This document shows, in pieces, positions 47,234-55,998 of a stretch of 64,000 nt of DNA (positions within the stretch are counted from its first letter, which is position 1; each line of letters starts with the position of its first letter). This DNA comes from Planctomycetota bacterium (GTDB taxonomy: Bacteria > Planctomycetota > UBA1135 > UBA2386), in contig CANMWZ010000008.1 in assembly GCA_947501605.1 (NCBI GenBank), forward strand, positions 1 to 64,000. The letters are read 5' to 3'. The translations under genes were made by a program, and so were the position numbers. Under the pieces are notes generated by a model. The model saw only the letters and a program-made list of their open reading frames with translations, was not told where the DNA came from and searched no databases.

Positions 47234-50200
47234 ATGTTCCGGCGCAGCCTGATCCTCATTCTCGCCCTTCTGCTGTTGAGCCTCGCGTTCACGGTGGGCT
47301 ACGCGCTGTTGCCGCTGCGCGGTCCCGAAGATCTGCTGGCCGATGCCCGCATGAAGCTACAGCAGGGCGAAGCCGTGGCAGGCGTCAAGCTGCTCGATCA
47401 GAGCGAGGTCTCACCCGCACTGCTGAACACGCCAGGCCTTCGGCGCGAGGTTTGGAAGATGCGGCTGCAAGCCCATCGCACGCTCGACGTACCCCGTCGC
47501 GCCCTCGACGACATCGAGAACCTCATCCGCGAGGGCGATGAAGATCTCTCGTTGCGCATGGACCGTGTGTACTACCTTGGTCGCCTGGGCCAGGGTGACG
47601 AAGCCCGCAAGCTGGCGCTCGAGTTCACCGCCGCCAATCCGAACGTGGCACGCGGTCTCGAGCTGGCGGCCGAAGCCTGCAAGGTTGCCTACACCGACCC
47701 GCTCCGCGAGACCTCGAAGAACCTCCGTGCTGAACTCGGCTACGACGACCAGCGCGACGGCATGGCGGCGTTCCTCGAATTCGTGTACCGGCCGGAAGGC
47801 GATCCCGGCATCGAGGCGGCTCGGCAGAAGCTACAGATCCTCTACAGCCGCGAAGCGCGGCTGGCGCAGAAGTGGCCAGTTCTGCACGACCAACTGCGAG
47901 GCTTGCGCGAGCGCGTGCAGGAAGCACTCACGCTCTTCCAGCGCGCCCTCGAAGTCGCCGGATCCGAACCAACGCAGCGAGGCAACAACCTGTTTGCCGC
48001 TGCCTACAACGGCGTTGCCTTTGCACTGCAACAAGCCGAACGGACCGACGATCTCGTGGCCCAGTCCGAGATCTACCTTTCGACCTACGGTCATGGCTAC
48101 CGCACGGACGCTGCGATTGCCGAGACCGCGGCCAACTACCGTGACGGTCTCTACGAAGCCGCAGTCGAGGCCGCCGAACGCTTCCTGCCTGACGCGCAAC
48201 TCGGCGAGCGACTCGCCAAGAACGCAGTTCTCTGGCAGATCCGAAGCCTCATCGTGATCAAGGCCCTCGCCCTCTACCGACTCGGTCGTCGTGAGGAGCT
48301 TGGCAACCTGGCGCAGACCTGCACGAAGTACATGGAGGGCCGCGGTTACCTCAACGCCCTACCCGGACTCCTGTGGGGCTTGGCCAACGTCCTTGGCAAG
48401 CAACGCGAGCACACAGCGAACAATCTCGGCTGGTTCATTGACATGAGCCTGCGGGAGCCGGCGCCGCAGAATGACGACGACCCGGTCGACCTGCTGATGC
48501 CGTTGCGCATCGAGTATGCGATCAGTGACGGCAAGCCGGTTACCGAACTGCTCGCCACACTCGACTCGTGGAGTGTCTATCGACCGAGCAATCCGCTGCC
48601 GCAGGTCATGCGGGCTCGCCTCCAGATCCGCTTCGGTCAGGAAGCTGCTGCCATGGCAACGGCCAACGCCATTCTCCAGCAGCGCCCTGAGGACGAAGAA
48701 GCACTGCGCCTCTTGGCAGAAGCTGCAGACCTCGCCTACCGAGCCTCGCAGCAGGACGGCAACTCGCTCCTGCTGCAGTGTCTCCAACGTGGCACCGATC
48801 GCCCAGACGCGCCGCCGGCCCCGATCTGCTATCTCCTCTGTGGCGAAGCCGCCCTGAAGCAGCAGCGTCCGGTACTAGCACGGTCGTGTGCGCGACTGGC
48901 CGCCGATCGATTCCCCTGGTCAAGGTGGCCGTTCTTGCTGGAGGCTCGGGCCGAGATCCTCGCCAACAATGCCGAAGGCGCGATCGAAGTGCTCGACCGC
49001 CTGATCGTCTCGCATCCGGAGTGCGACGAAGCCGTTCGCCTGGCGTTCGAGGTTCGCACTGCCAATGAAATGCCGGTCCGCGCCTTGCTACCCATGGCAG
49101 TGCGCGTGATGCCCGATTCGAAGGACGTGCTCGCCGCACTGTTGCGCTGCGCCATCGAAGACGACAGTCCTGGCCTCCTGGCGTTGGCCCGCCGCGCCAT
49201 TGCGATGCCCGATGCATCGGCCAAGTTGTTGGCGCTTGCTGCCACCGCGGTGGCCAGCAAAGGCGAGGCGATCAACGCTCTGACCGTTCTTGCCCGCGCG
49301 CGTGCCGCGATGCCACCGACGCTCGATGCGCGCACGGGCGCCGATCTCCTGAGCGCTGGCCTCGCGTGTCTCACGGCCTCGGCCGCGGTCACCGAGGACG
49401 CCATGTTGCTCGAACTCGCGCGCATGGCTGTTGCGGACCTGCACTGGAACGGTCCCGAGGCAGCGCGCGCCTTTGCGACCGCGGCAGCGGCCCTCTGGCG
49501 GACCAAGCGCCCGCGCACCGCCAGCATGCTGCTTGGCGAGGCCCTCGCCCTCGGCGATGCCATCGAGATTCGCGACGGCGCCACGCACGCCTTGGCCGGC
49601 GAGCTGTCGTTGGCCCTTGGCCGCACCGAAGCAGCGCGCACCCACTTCACCGCAGCCCTGAGCTTCGACGACGGGGTCCACGCCGCCGAGAGTTTGGCGC
49701 GACTCGAGTTCCTGCATGGCGACACGGCCCGCGCCATCGCTGCCTTGGCGATGGCACCGATCGTCGAGGATCCGGCCCTCGCCATACTGCTTGGCCATTC
49801 GGGCGCGAACGTCCTGGTCCAGAAGCAGCTGGCTCGCGATCCGAGCGATTTGCTCGTGGCCACGGCCTACGCCCTGACTGTGACCGGCAAGCCCAGGCCA
49901 TTCGGTGAAGAACTCGGGCGAGCGCCGGCCGATCTCCAACGCGAGGTCCTTACGTTGTGCTGCCAGCTTGCCGAACCAAGACTCGCAGGCCAAGCCGTCC
50001 AAAGCGCAGCGACCTTGCGCCAGAGACTGATCAGCTCACCAACGCTTGCCATGCTGCATGCACGCGCGTTGGCCGCAGCCGGCGATGTCACCGCCGCTGC
50101 AGCGATTCACGCCACCCTCTTCGAGAACGGATCGCGTTCTCTACCCCTCTACGGCGAAGTCGTCCGCGCCCGCGCCCTCCCTGGCTACGTTGTGCCGCGG

Positions 50201-51274
50201 CCCATCCTGGTCGAGTTGCGCGAGGCCGCCGCCAAGCAGGCGGCCACGCTGACCCCGGAAATCCTGGCGATGGTCGCTCTCGATGTTGCAGCCGATATCG
50301 AACGCCAGGGGCAACCCGACGTGGCCTTGCGAATCCTCGCCGAAACGTGGCGCACCATGCCGGTGCAGAGCAACGCGACGCCACGGGATGCGGAACGACT
50401 GGTAGAGCAGGGCCTCGTGCTTCCGGCCTTCGAGCTACTTGCCAAGTTGCGTGCAATCGGGGCCGAGGGCGACCAAGAGGAAGCGGCGCGGGCGCTGTTC
50501 CGCCTCGCGACCAGCCGCAGCAGCGACCTGCCGCAACCGACACGCGATGCGATGCGCGCGGCCGCCCTCGCCGACTTGACGCAGCAACGACATGAGGCTG
50601 AGGCATTCGCCTACCTCCTAGCCGAGGAGTCACGGCTCGAGCACCTGCCGATGACCGAACTCGAAGCAATGGTCTCGGCGGCGGTGCGAGCCTGCTGTCG
50701 CGCCAAGGGTGACTGGAGCATCGCGCTTCGTGCCCTCGGTCTGGTGGAGAAGGCAGCAGGCGCAACGAAGGCGCTCGCGCTGTGTGACACGTTGCTCTCC
50801 GAACACCCGACGATGCCGCAGCTTTGGCTCGAACGCGCCCGCCTCATGACGGCGGCGCGGGAGGCCCAGGTCGGAATCGCCGGCGCCCGGAGCTTCCTTG
50901 GCTACATTGTTGACCCCGCATTCGCGATCGAGTTCGTGGCGCTCGCCGCCACGCATCGGCGCCTCTCGCTCGAAGACGTTTCGATGTTCGAGCGCCTACC
51001 GCCGGAAGTGCGCGCGACCCCGCGCGGCCAATTTGCGGCAGGTCTGATCGCGTTGCGGCGCGGTGCGGCAGCAACTGCCGAGCAACTCCTGGCCGCCGCC
51101 GGCGATCAGGGAGAACTCAGCCTCTTCGCCCGCGCACTCGCGAACCTGATGCTGCCAGGTCAACCCGCCAAGATCCGCGCCAAGCAACATCTCACGACCT
51201 TGCTCGAACGCTACCCGAGCAGTTCGCTGGCACGAAACGTCGGCAGCTTCGTCCGCCAGTTGTCGCCGAACTGA
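47234..51274 (+). CDS. Large (1346 aa) membrane-anchored or secreted TPR-like alpha-solenoid protein (PrsT position)
   Basis: N-terminal hydrophobic segment; Ala/Leu-rich helical repeats with TPR-like turns (AANPN, QQRPED, VSHPEC, SEHPT, ERYPSS). Confidence 0.8.
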   Translation: MFRRSLILILALLLLSLAFTVGYALLPLRGPEDLLADARMKLQQGEAVAGVKLLDQSEVSPALLNTPGLRREVWKMRLQAHRTLDVPRRALDDIENLIREGDEDLSLRMDRVYYLGRLGQGDEARKLALEFTAANPNVARGLELAAEACKVAYTDPLRETSKNLRAELGYDDQRDGMAAFLEFVYRPEGDPGIEAARQKLQILYSREARLAQKWPVLHDQLRGLRERVQEALTLFQRALEVAGSEPTQRGNNLFAAAYNGVAFALQQAERTDDLVAQSEIYLSTYGHGYRTDAAIAETAANYRDGLYEAAVEAAERFLPDAQLGERLAKNAVLWQIRSLIVIKALALYRLGRREELGNLAQTCTKYMEGRGYLNALPGLLWGLANVLGKQREHTANNLGWFIDMSLREPAPQNDDDPVDLLMPLRIEYAISDGKPVTELLATLDSWSVYRPSNPLPQVMRARLQIRFGQEAAAMATANAILQQRPEDEEALRLLAEAADLAYRASQQDGNSLLLQCLQRGTDRPDAPPAPICYLLCGEAALKQQRPVLARSCARLAADRFPWSRWPFLLEARAEILANNAEGAIEVLDRLIVSHPECDEAVRLAFEVRTANEMPVRALLPMAVRVMPDSKDVLAALLRCAIEDDSPGLLALARRAIAMPDASAKLLALAATAVASKGEAINALTVLARARAAMPPTLDARTGADLLSAGLACLTASAAVTEDAMLLELARMAVADLHWNGPEAARAFATAAAALWRTKRPRTASMLLGEALALGDAIEIRDGATHALAGELSLALGRTEAARTHFTAALSFDDGVHAAESLARLEFLHGDTARAIAALAMAPIVEDPALAILLGHSGANVLVQKQLARDPSDLLVATAYALTVTGKPRPFGEELGRAPADLQREVLTLCCQLAEPRLAGQAVQSAATLRQRLISSPTLAMLHARALAAAGDVTAAAAIHATLFENGSRSLPLYGEVVRARALPGYVVPRPILVELREAAAKQAATLTPEILAMVALDVAADIERQGQPDVALRILAETWRTMPVQSNATPRDAERLVEQGLVLPAFELLAKLRAIGAEGDQEEAARALFRLATSRSSDLPQPTRDAMRAAALADLTQQRHEAEAFAYLLAEESRLEHLPMTELEAMVSAAVRACCRAKGDWSIALRALGLVEKAAGATKALALCDTLLSEHPTMPQLWLERARLMTAAREAQVGIAGARSFLGYIVDPAFAIEFVALAATHRRLSLEDVSMFERLPPEVRATPRGQFAAGLIALRRGAAATAEQLLAAAGDQGELSLFARALANLMLPGQPAKIRAKQHLTTLLERYPSSSLARNVGSFVRQLSPN

Positions 51275-52092
51275 GCGAGCGACGCGGACACCGTGGTGAA
51301 ACGGAACTCGCCAAGCAAGCGATCGAGTTTGGGCAGGGTCTTGCGCAGGTTCACGTAGTGGCGAAAGCCGCGCAGCCCGCCGAGCGGTTGGCGGGGCTGA
51401 TCCGGATCCACTTCCCACGGGTGTAGATAGACGCAGCCCGGCGCTCCACGTCGCTCCTGTTGCCAAAGTCCTCGGCGCAGCATCCAGAGCGGGAACAGGC
51501 GCAGATAGCCGCCCCCACCGACCGGCAGACGCCTACCGAAGACGTCCCAACACAAGGGCGGCACCTCGAGCACTTCCCCGTCAGCGGTCGCCAGTCGATA
51601 CGGCGAACTCGGCGCGCCGCGCACCCCGTAGTCGGGGTGCAAGATTGGATAGATCGAACTGTCGATGGTGAAGCCAGCTGCCAGCAACTCATCGATCGCC
51701 CACGCCGAGCGCTTGGTGATCGACCACGTGCAAGCCCGGAATGCGCGCGGCCGTTCGCCACAGATCGACTCGAGCAGGTCGCTCGTGAGGCGGAGTTCGT
51801 TGGCGAAGCCCGCGCGCCCGACATCTGGCAGCAGCTGGTGGTCGTAGCCGTGACTGCCGATCTCATGACCGGCCGCGTGCACTTCGGTGACGAGGCGCGG
51901 TGCGCGCTCGGCGATCCAACCGAGAAAGAAGAACGTGGCGCGGGCCTGTCGCCGATCGAACAAGTCGAGCAAACGGCGCGTTGCATCGACGCAGCGGAGT
52001 TCGAAGCGGTCCCAATCCGCTCGGTCGATCTGCTGGCTCATGTTGAGGACCTGAAACCAGTCCTCGACATCGACCGATAGCGCGTGCGCCAT
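51211..52092 (-). CDS. XrtA-system polysaccharide deacetylase (CE4 plus DUF3473)
   Basis: SVDVEDWFQV, ATFFFLG, HEIGSHGYDH, DSSIYP, GGGGYLRLFP, YLHPWEVDPDQP, FRHYVNL. Confidence 0.94.
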   Translation of the reverse strand: MAHALSVDVEDWFQVLNMSQQIDRADWDRFELRCVDATRRLLDLFDRRQARATFFFLGWIAERAPRLVTEVHAAGHEIGSHGYDHQLLPDVGRAGFANELRLTSDLLESICGERPRAFRACTWSITKRSAWAIDELLAAGFTIDSSIYPILHPDYGVRGAPSSPYRLATADGEVLEVPPLCWDVFGRRLPVGGGGYLRLFPLWMLRRGLWQQERRGAPGCVYLHPWEVDPDQPRQPLGGLRGFRHYVNLRKTLPKLDRLLGEFRFTTVSASLAQFGDNWRTKLPTFRASELLG

Positions 52093-52094
52093 CG

Positions 52095-53618
52095 TCACGG
52101 CAACAACCCTCTGGCCTGCTTCATCAGGGAAGCGAGTAACGCTTCGCAGCGCGCATCGGCCGCCGCTTCGCCGCCCGGGCCATCGGCATAGGTCTCGACG
52201 CGCAGCAAGAAGCCGTCGTTGGTCGAGCGAAACAGCGCTCGCGGTGCGTGGTGCAGGAAGAACTCGAGATAGCTGCCGGTGCACAGACCGTGCGAGCCGT
52301 AGGCATAGAGACTCAGGTACGGGCGACCGCCGCGGCGCGTCCGCAGCAGGATCCGGCCGGCCTGGTCCGTCTCGCCCGACGACAACTCCACCTTCCCTTC
52401 CCCCACGATGTCCATGTCGCTACCAAGCAGGCAGATGTGCGGCGGGTGGATGCTCTTCCAATTGCTGCCATGAAACACAGCGACGACAAACATCGTCTGC
52501 TGGGCTTCGTCTTCGTAGCGCCGCCAGGTGGCGTCGTCGGTGCCGAGCAGTTGGAACATGCGCGGCGTCATCGCGAACAGTTCCTTCTGCTCAAAAGGCC
52601 CGATCACCGCAGGCAGCGCCACGGCGCGGCCCGAACGATCTGCTTCCGGCTTGGTCAGCGACAAGAGGAGGAGACCAAGTGCAAAGGGCCACAAGACCGC
52701 ACCGAGGCGCGTTGCCGAGTGACCAGTCGCCGGCGGCGGCGCCAACACTGCGGCCAGCGGCAGCCTCTCGGAAGTTGGCGGCCCAGCCGAGCTCCGTTGC
52801 GCTGCCCGACTGCGCGACAGCAGGGCATCCATGCCGAGGACCAGGGTCAGGTCGACGACCCATGCCAAGCCGTTCAAGACATCGTGGCCCGTGGCGCTCG
52901 CGAACTGGACACCTTCGAAGTAGGCCAGCCAGCAAATCGCAGTGATGCGAAGGAGGTTGACGAACACGGCGATCGGAGCTGCCGCCAAGAGCAACAGCAC
53001 TCGCCGCCACATCGTCTTAGGACCGACGAAGAACGCGATGCAATAGACCAGCGTGATCATCGCCAGCAACGACCGGAGGCCACCGCACGGGTCGGCGACG
53101 TTCAAGGACTCGGTCTGGCCAGGAACGAACAACGACGCACCTTCGTTGGTGATCGCAAGCCCGGTGTTCTCCGCGAGCCACACTCCCCCGCGCACCGCGA
53201 TCTCCTTCAACTCGAAGGCCACTCGGTCGGTGACATAGATGGGCATCGGCACGGCGAATGCAAACATCCAAAGCACTGGCCAGAGACCAGCAAGTCGGTC
53301 GCGGCCGAAGGCCACCCAGGCCGCGCCCGGAACCGCCAGGACGAGACTGGCGGCCGACAGCGAGTCGATGGTCAAGGCGGCACCGACGATATGCACGAAC
53401 AGCGCCGGACCGAGCAACCATAACCCGCGAAGGTCCAGGCGCGCTTCGCGCGAGCGCCAGTCCGATCGACGCCCCCAGATGACCGCCGCCATGACGATCG
53501 GGACCAGGGGCCCATGCGCGAAGTAGCCCTCGGGCAGGGACCACAGCTCCCAGCACCACCACAGCGGCAGGGCGTAGGCGAGGATCAGGGGTGCGATGAC
53601 GGCGAGGATCGGATTCAC
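52095..53618 (-). CDS. Exosortase (EpsH/XrtA-like) fused to an EpsI-like C-terminal domain
   Basis: Multi-TM; YFAHGPLVP; catalytic Cys (VADPCGGLRSL), Arg (NLLRI), His (HDVLNG); EpsI-like HPPHICLLGS. Confidence 0.92.
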   Translation of the reverse strand: MNPILAVIAPLILAYALPLWWCWELWSLPEGYFAHGPLVPIVMAAVIWGRRSDWRSREARLDLRGLWLLGPALFVHIVGAALTIDSLSAASLVLAVPGAAWVAFGRDRLAGLWPVLWMFAFAVPMPIYVTDRVAFELKEIAVRGGVWLAENTGLAITNEGASLFVPGQTESLNVADPCGGLRSLLAMITLVYCIAFFVGPKTMWRRVLLLLAAAPIAVFVNLLRITAICWLAYFEGVQFASATGHDVLNGLAWVVDLTLVLGMDALLSRSRAAQRSSAGPPTSERLPLAAVLAPPPATGHSATRLGAVLWPFALGLLLLSLTKPEADRSGRAVALPAVIGPFEQKELFAMTPRMFQLLGTDDATWRRYEDEAQQTMFVVAVFHGSNWKSIHPPHICLLGSDMDIVGEGKVELSSGETDQAGRILLRTRRGGRPYLSLYAYGSHGLCTGSYLEFFLHHAPRALFRSTNDGFLLRVETYADGPGGEAAADARCEALLASLMKQARGLLP

Positions 53619-54793
53619 GTGCCGACTCCCAGCAAGAGTTCTGCGGCAATGGCCTCGACGCGTGCGGCGTTGCCGTCCCAGGTGTAGTTGCGTTGCCGCA
53701 GCAAGGACTCACCAGCCGCGCCAAGCCGTTGCCGCAGCGCCGAGTCCTCGACGAGCTGCAGCAGATTCTGCGCGAGACTCTCGATCTCGCCCGGCTCGAA
53801 CAGCAGCGCATGCACCCCATGGGTGACGACCTCGCGCAAGTTGGCCTGATTGGGCGCGATCGTCGCCACACCAGCAGCCAGGGAATCGAACAGCTTGAGC
53901 GGTGAGGCGTAGTCGTTGATCGCCGGAATCAAAGCCACATCGAAGGCGCAAACGTGAGCCGGCACGAGCGAACTCGGAACGGTCCCGAGCACATGCATGC
54001 GCGACTGCAGCGAGGCGGATGCCGCCTGTTGCACGAGACCAGACAGCGCCGGCCCGTCTCCGAGCAGCACGAGATGCAGATGACGGAACTGTGGTCGCTG
54101 CATGAGCGACAGCACAAGCTCGAGCCGGTGCCACGGCCGCATGTAGCCAACAAAACCGACCACAACCGCGTCTTCGGGCAGGTTCCAGCGGCGACGGATG
54201 GCGTCACCCGCGGAGCGGGCAGCTAGGTCGTAGCGCCCAGGCTCTGCCCCGTTGCCGATCACGCGGATCGCCTCTTTGCGCGCGCCGAGTTGGACCAATC
54301 GACTGCCGAGCACCTCGGTGACCGCGAGCACGCGATCCGCGGAGGTGAGCACCAAGCGCTCGGTTGCTCGCGCACGGCGCGGCAAGCGCAGCAGACCCAG
54401 TTTCTCCATCTCGTCCGCCATCGGCGAGTTGACCTCCAACAAGAGCGGCACAGAGAGTTCACGAGCCACGTCGAGACCGGCGCGGCAATGCAGCGCATGA
54501 CGTTCGTAGACGAGGTGCGGGCGCAACTTGGCCGCAGCGTCGCGCAGCATCGAGCGGGCGCGGCGATTGTAGGCTACCTCCAACACCTCGACCGCGGCGC
54601 GAGGCAACGACAGGCGTTGCCAGAACGAGGCCTTGCCCTTGGCCGACGCCGCGGTGGCATTGGTCTTCTGCACCAAGGCGCACTCTTGGACTTCGTGGCC
54701 GCGGTGGCGCAGCGCTTCGATCAGCTCGCGAACATGAACGGCTTGGCCGTCATCAGCACGGATGCGATGGTGATAGAGGATGCGCAAACTCAT
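53615..54793 (-). CDS. GT4 glycosyltransferase
   Basis: DGQAVHVREL, VYERH, LEVNSP, VGFVG...WHRL, GDGP, YASPLKLFD. Confidence 0.92.
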   Translation of the reverse strand: MSLRILYHHRIRADDGQAVHVRELIEALRHRGHEVQECALVQKTNATAASAKGKASFWQRLSLPRAAVEVLEVAYNRRARSMLRDAAAKLRPHLVYERHALHCRAGLDVARELSVPLLLEVNSPMADEMEKLGLLRLPRRARATERLVLTSADRVLAVTEVLGSRLVQLGARKEAIRVIGNGAEPGRYDLAARSAGDAIRRRWNLPEDAVVVGFVGYMRPWHRLELVLSLMQRPQFRHLHLVLLGDGPALSGLVQQAASASLQSRMHVLGTVPSSLVPAHVCAFDVALIPAINDYASPLKLFDSLAAGVATIAPNQANLREVVTHGVHALLFEPGEIESLAQNLLQLVEDSALRQRLGAAGESLLRQRNYTWDGNAARVEAIAAELLLGVGT

Positions 54794-55998
54794 CGCCGCA
54801 CCCCCAGCGCCGCGGCATCAAGCCCGAGCGCTTGGCGAAAAATGGTGCACAGTTGCAGCACAGGCGACTCCCATCCGAACTGCTCGGCGTGCTGGCGCAC
54901 GCGCGCGGGTTCGGCCGGCACGGCGAGCACTGCCGCAATCGCTGCGGCCAGAAGGTCCGCATCCGGTTCCGCGATCAGGGCCCCAAGCGAACCATCCGCT
55001 GGTGGCGGGTCGCCGAGAATCTCGGGGATACCGCCGGTCCGGGTCGCCACAACACGAAGCCCTGAAGCCAGCGCCTCGGTGACCACATTGGGCCAGCCTT
55101 CGCGTTCGCTCGGTAACACGAGCAGGTCGCAAGCCCGACACGCCAGCGCCACACGTTCCGGTGGCTGGGTGCCGAGGAAAATGACGCGGTCCCCACCGGC
55201 ATCCTGGATGACCGAGCGGTCGGGACCATCGCCGACCAAGACGAGACGGACGTCGTTTGGCAACTGCGACAGCGCCGCGGCAGCAAGATGAAAGCCCTTG
55301 GCCGCGACCTGGCGGCCGATGCCGAGCAACAGCCGCCCGTTCGCAGGCAGGCCGAGTTCTCGTCGCGCCGAGGCGGCGTTGCCGGGGCGGAAGCGCTCGA
55401 GATCGACTCCGTTGCGGGCCACTTCGACGTGGTCCATCGGTAGTCCAGCCGCGTGGGCGAACCGATCCGCGAGTGCTCGGCTCACCGCGTAGCAACGCAC
55501 AGCCCGGGGGACGGCTTCGGCAATGCGAGCGCGAATGACCGAGTCTTTTGCGAGTACGTTGATATCCGTGCCGCGAGCCGTCATCACGAACGGCAGGGAC
55601 AATTGCCGCGCGATCACCGCCGCGGCAATGCCATCGGGCCAGACATAGTGCGCGTCGAGCACGACCTTGCGACCCTTGGCGAGCGTGCGAACCAAGTCGA
55701 TTGCCCCGGCTGCGACGGCATCGGCCTGTCGTCGCGCCGACAACCCTGGCCAGTGGCGGAAGCGCGGATGGTGTACGACCACGGAGTCCACCACCTCGCG
55801 ATCGGGAACCGTGTGCCAGCGTTTGTAGAGTCCGTTCCGGACAAGCCAAGCGACCTGCGGCACCGGTGCGACCACTTGCCAATCCACCTCGGGCATCGCC
55901 GCAGCAACGCGGGTCATACGCTCTTGCACGAAGATTCCGTGCGTCGGCATGACCGACGACGGAAACAGGTTGGTGAATGTCAACACCAACGGCTTCAT
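54790..55998 (-). CDS. GT4 glycosyltransferase (XrtA-associated type)
   Basis: TNLFPS...HGIFV, DAHYVWPDG, TARGTD, NGVD, KGFH, SEREGWPNVVTEALASG; ATGA overlap with the asnB-like gene. Confidence 0.93.
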   Translation of the reverse strand: MKPLVLTFTNLFPSSVMPTHGIFVQERMTRVAAAMPEVDWQVVAPVPQVAWLVRNGLYKRWHTVPDREVVDSVVVHHPRFRHWPGLSARRQADAVAAGAIDLVRTLAKGRKVVLDAHYVWPDGIAAAVIARQLSLPFVMTARGTDINVLAKDSVIRARIAEAVPRAVRCYAVSRALADRFAHAAGLPMDHVEVARNGVDLERFRPGNAASARRELGLPANGRLLLGIGRQVAAKGFHLAAAALSQLPNDVRLVLVGDGPDRSVIQDAGGDRVIFLGTQPPERVALACRACDLLVLPSEREGWPNVVTEALASGLRVVATRTGGIPEILGDPPPADGSLGALIAEPDADLLAAAIAAVLAVPAEPARVRQHAEQFGWESPVLQLCTIFRQALGLDAAALGVRR

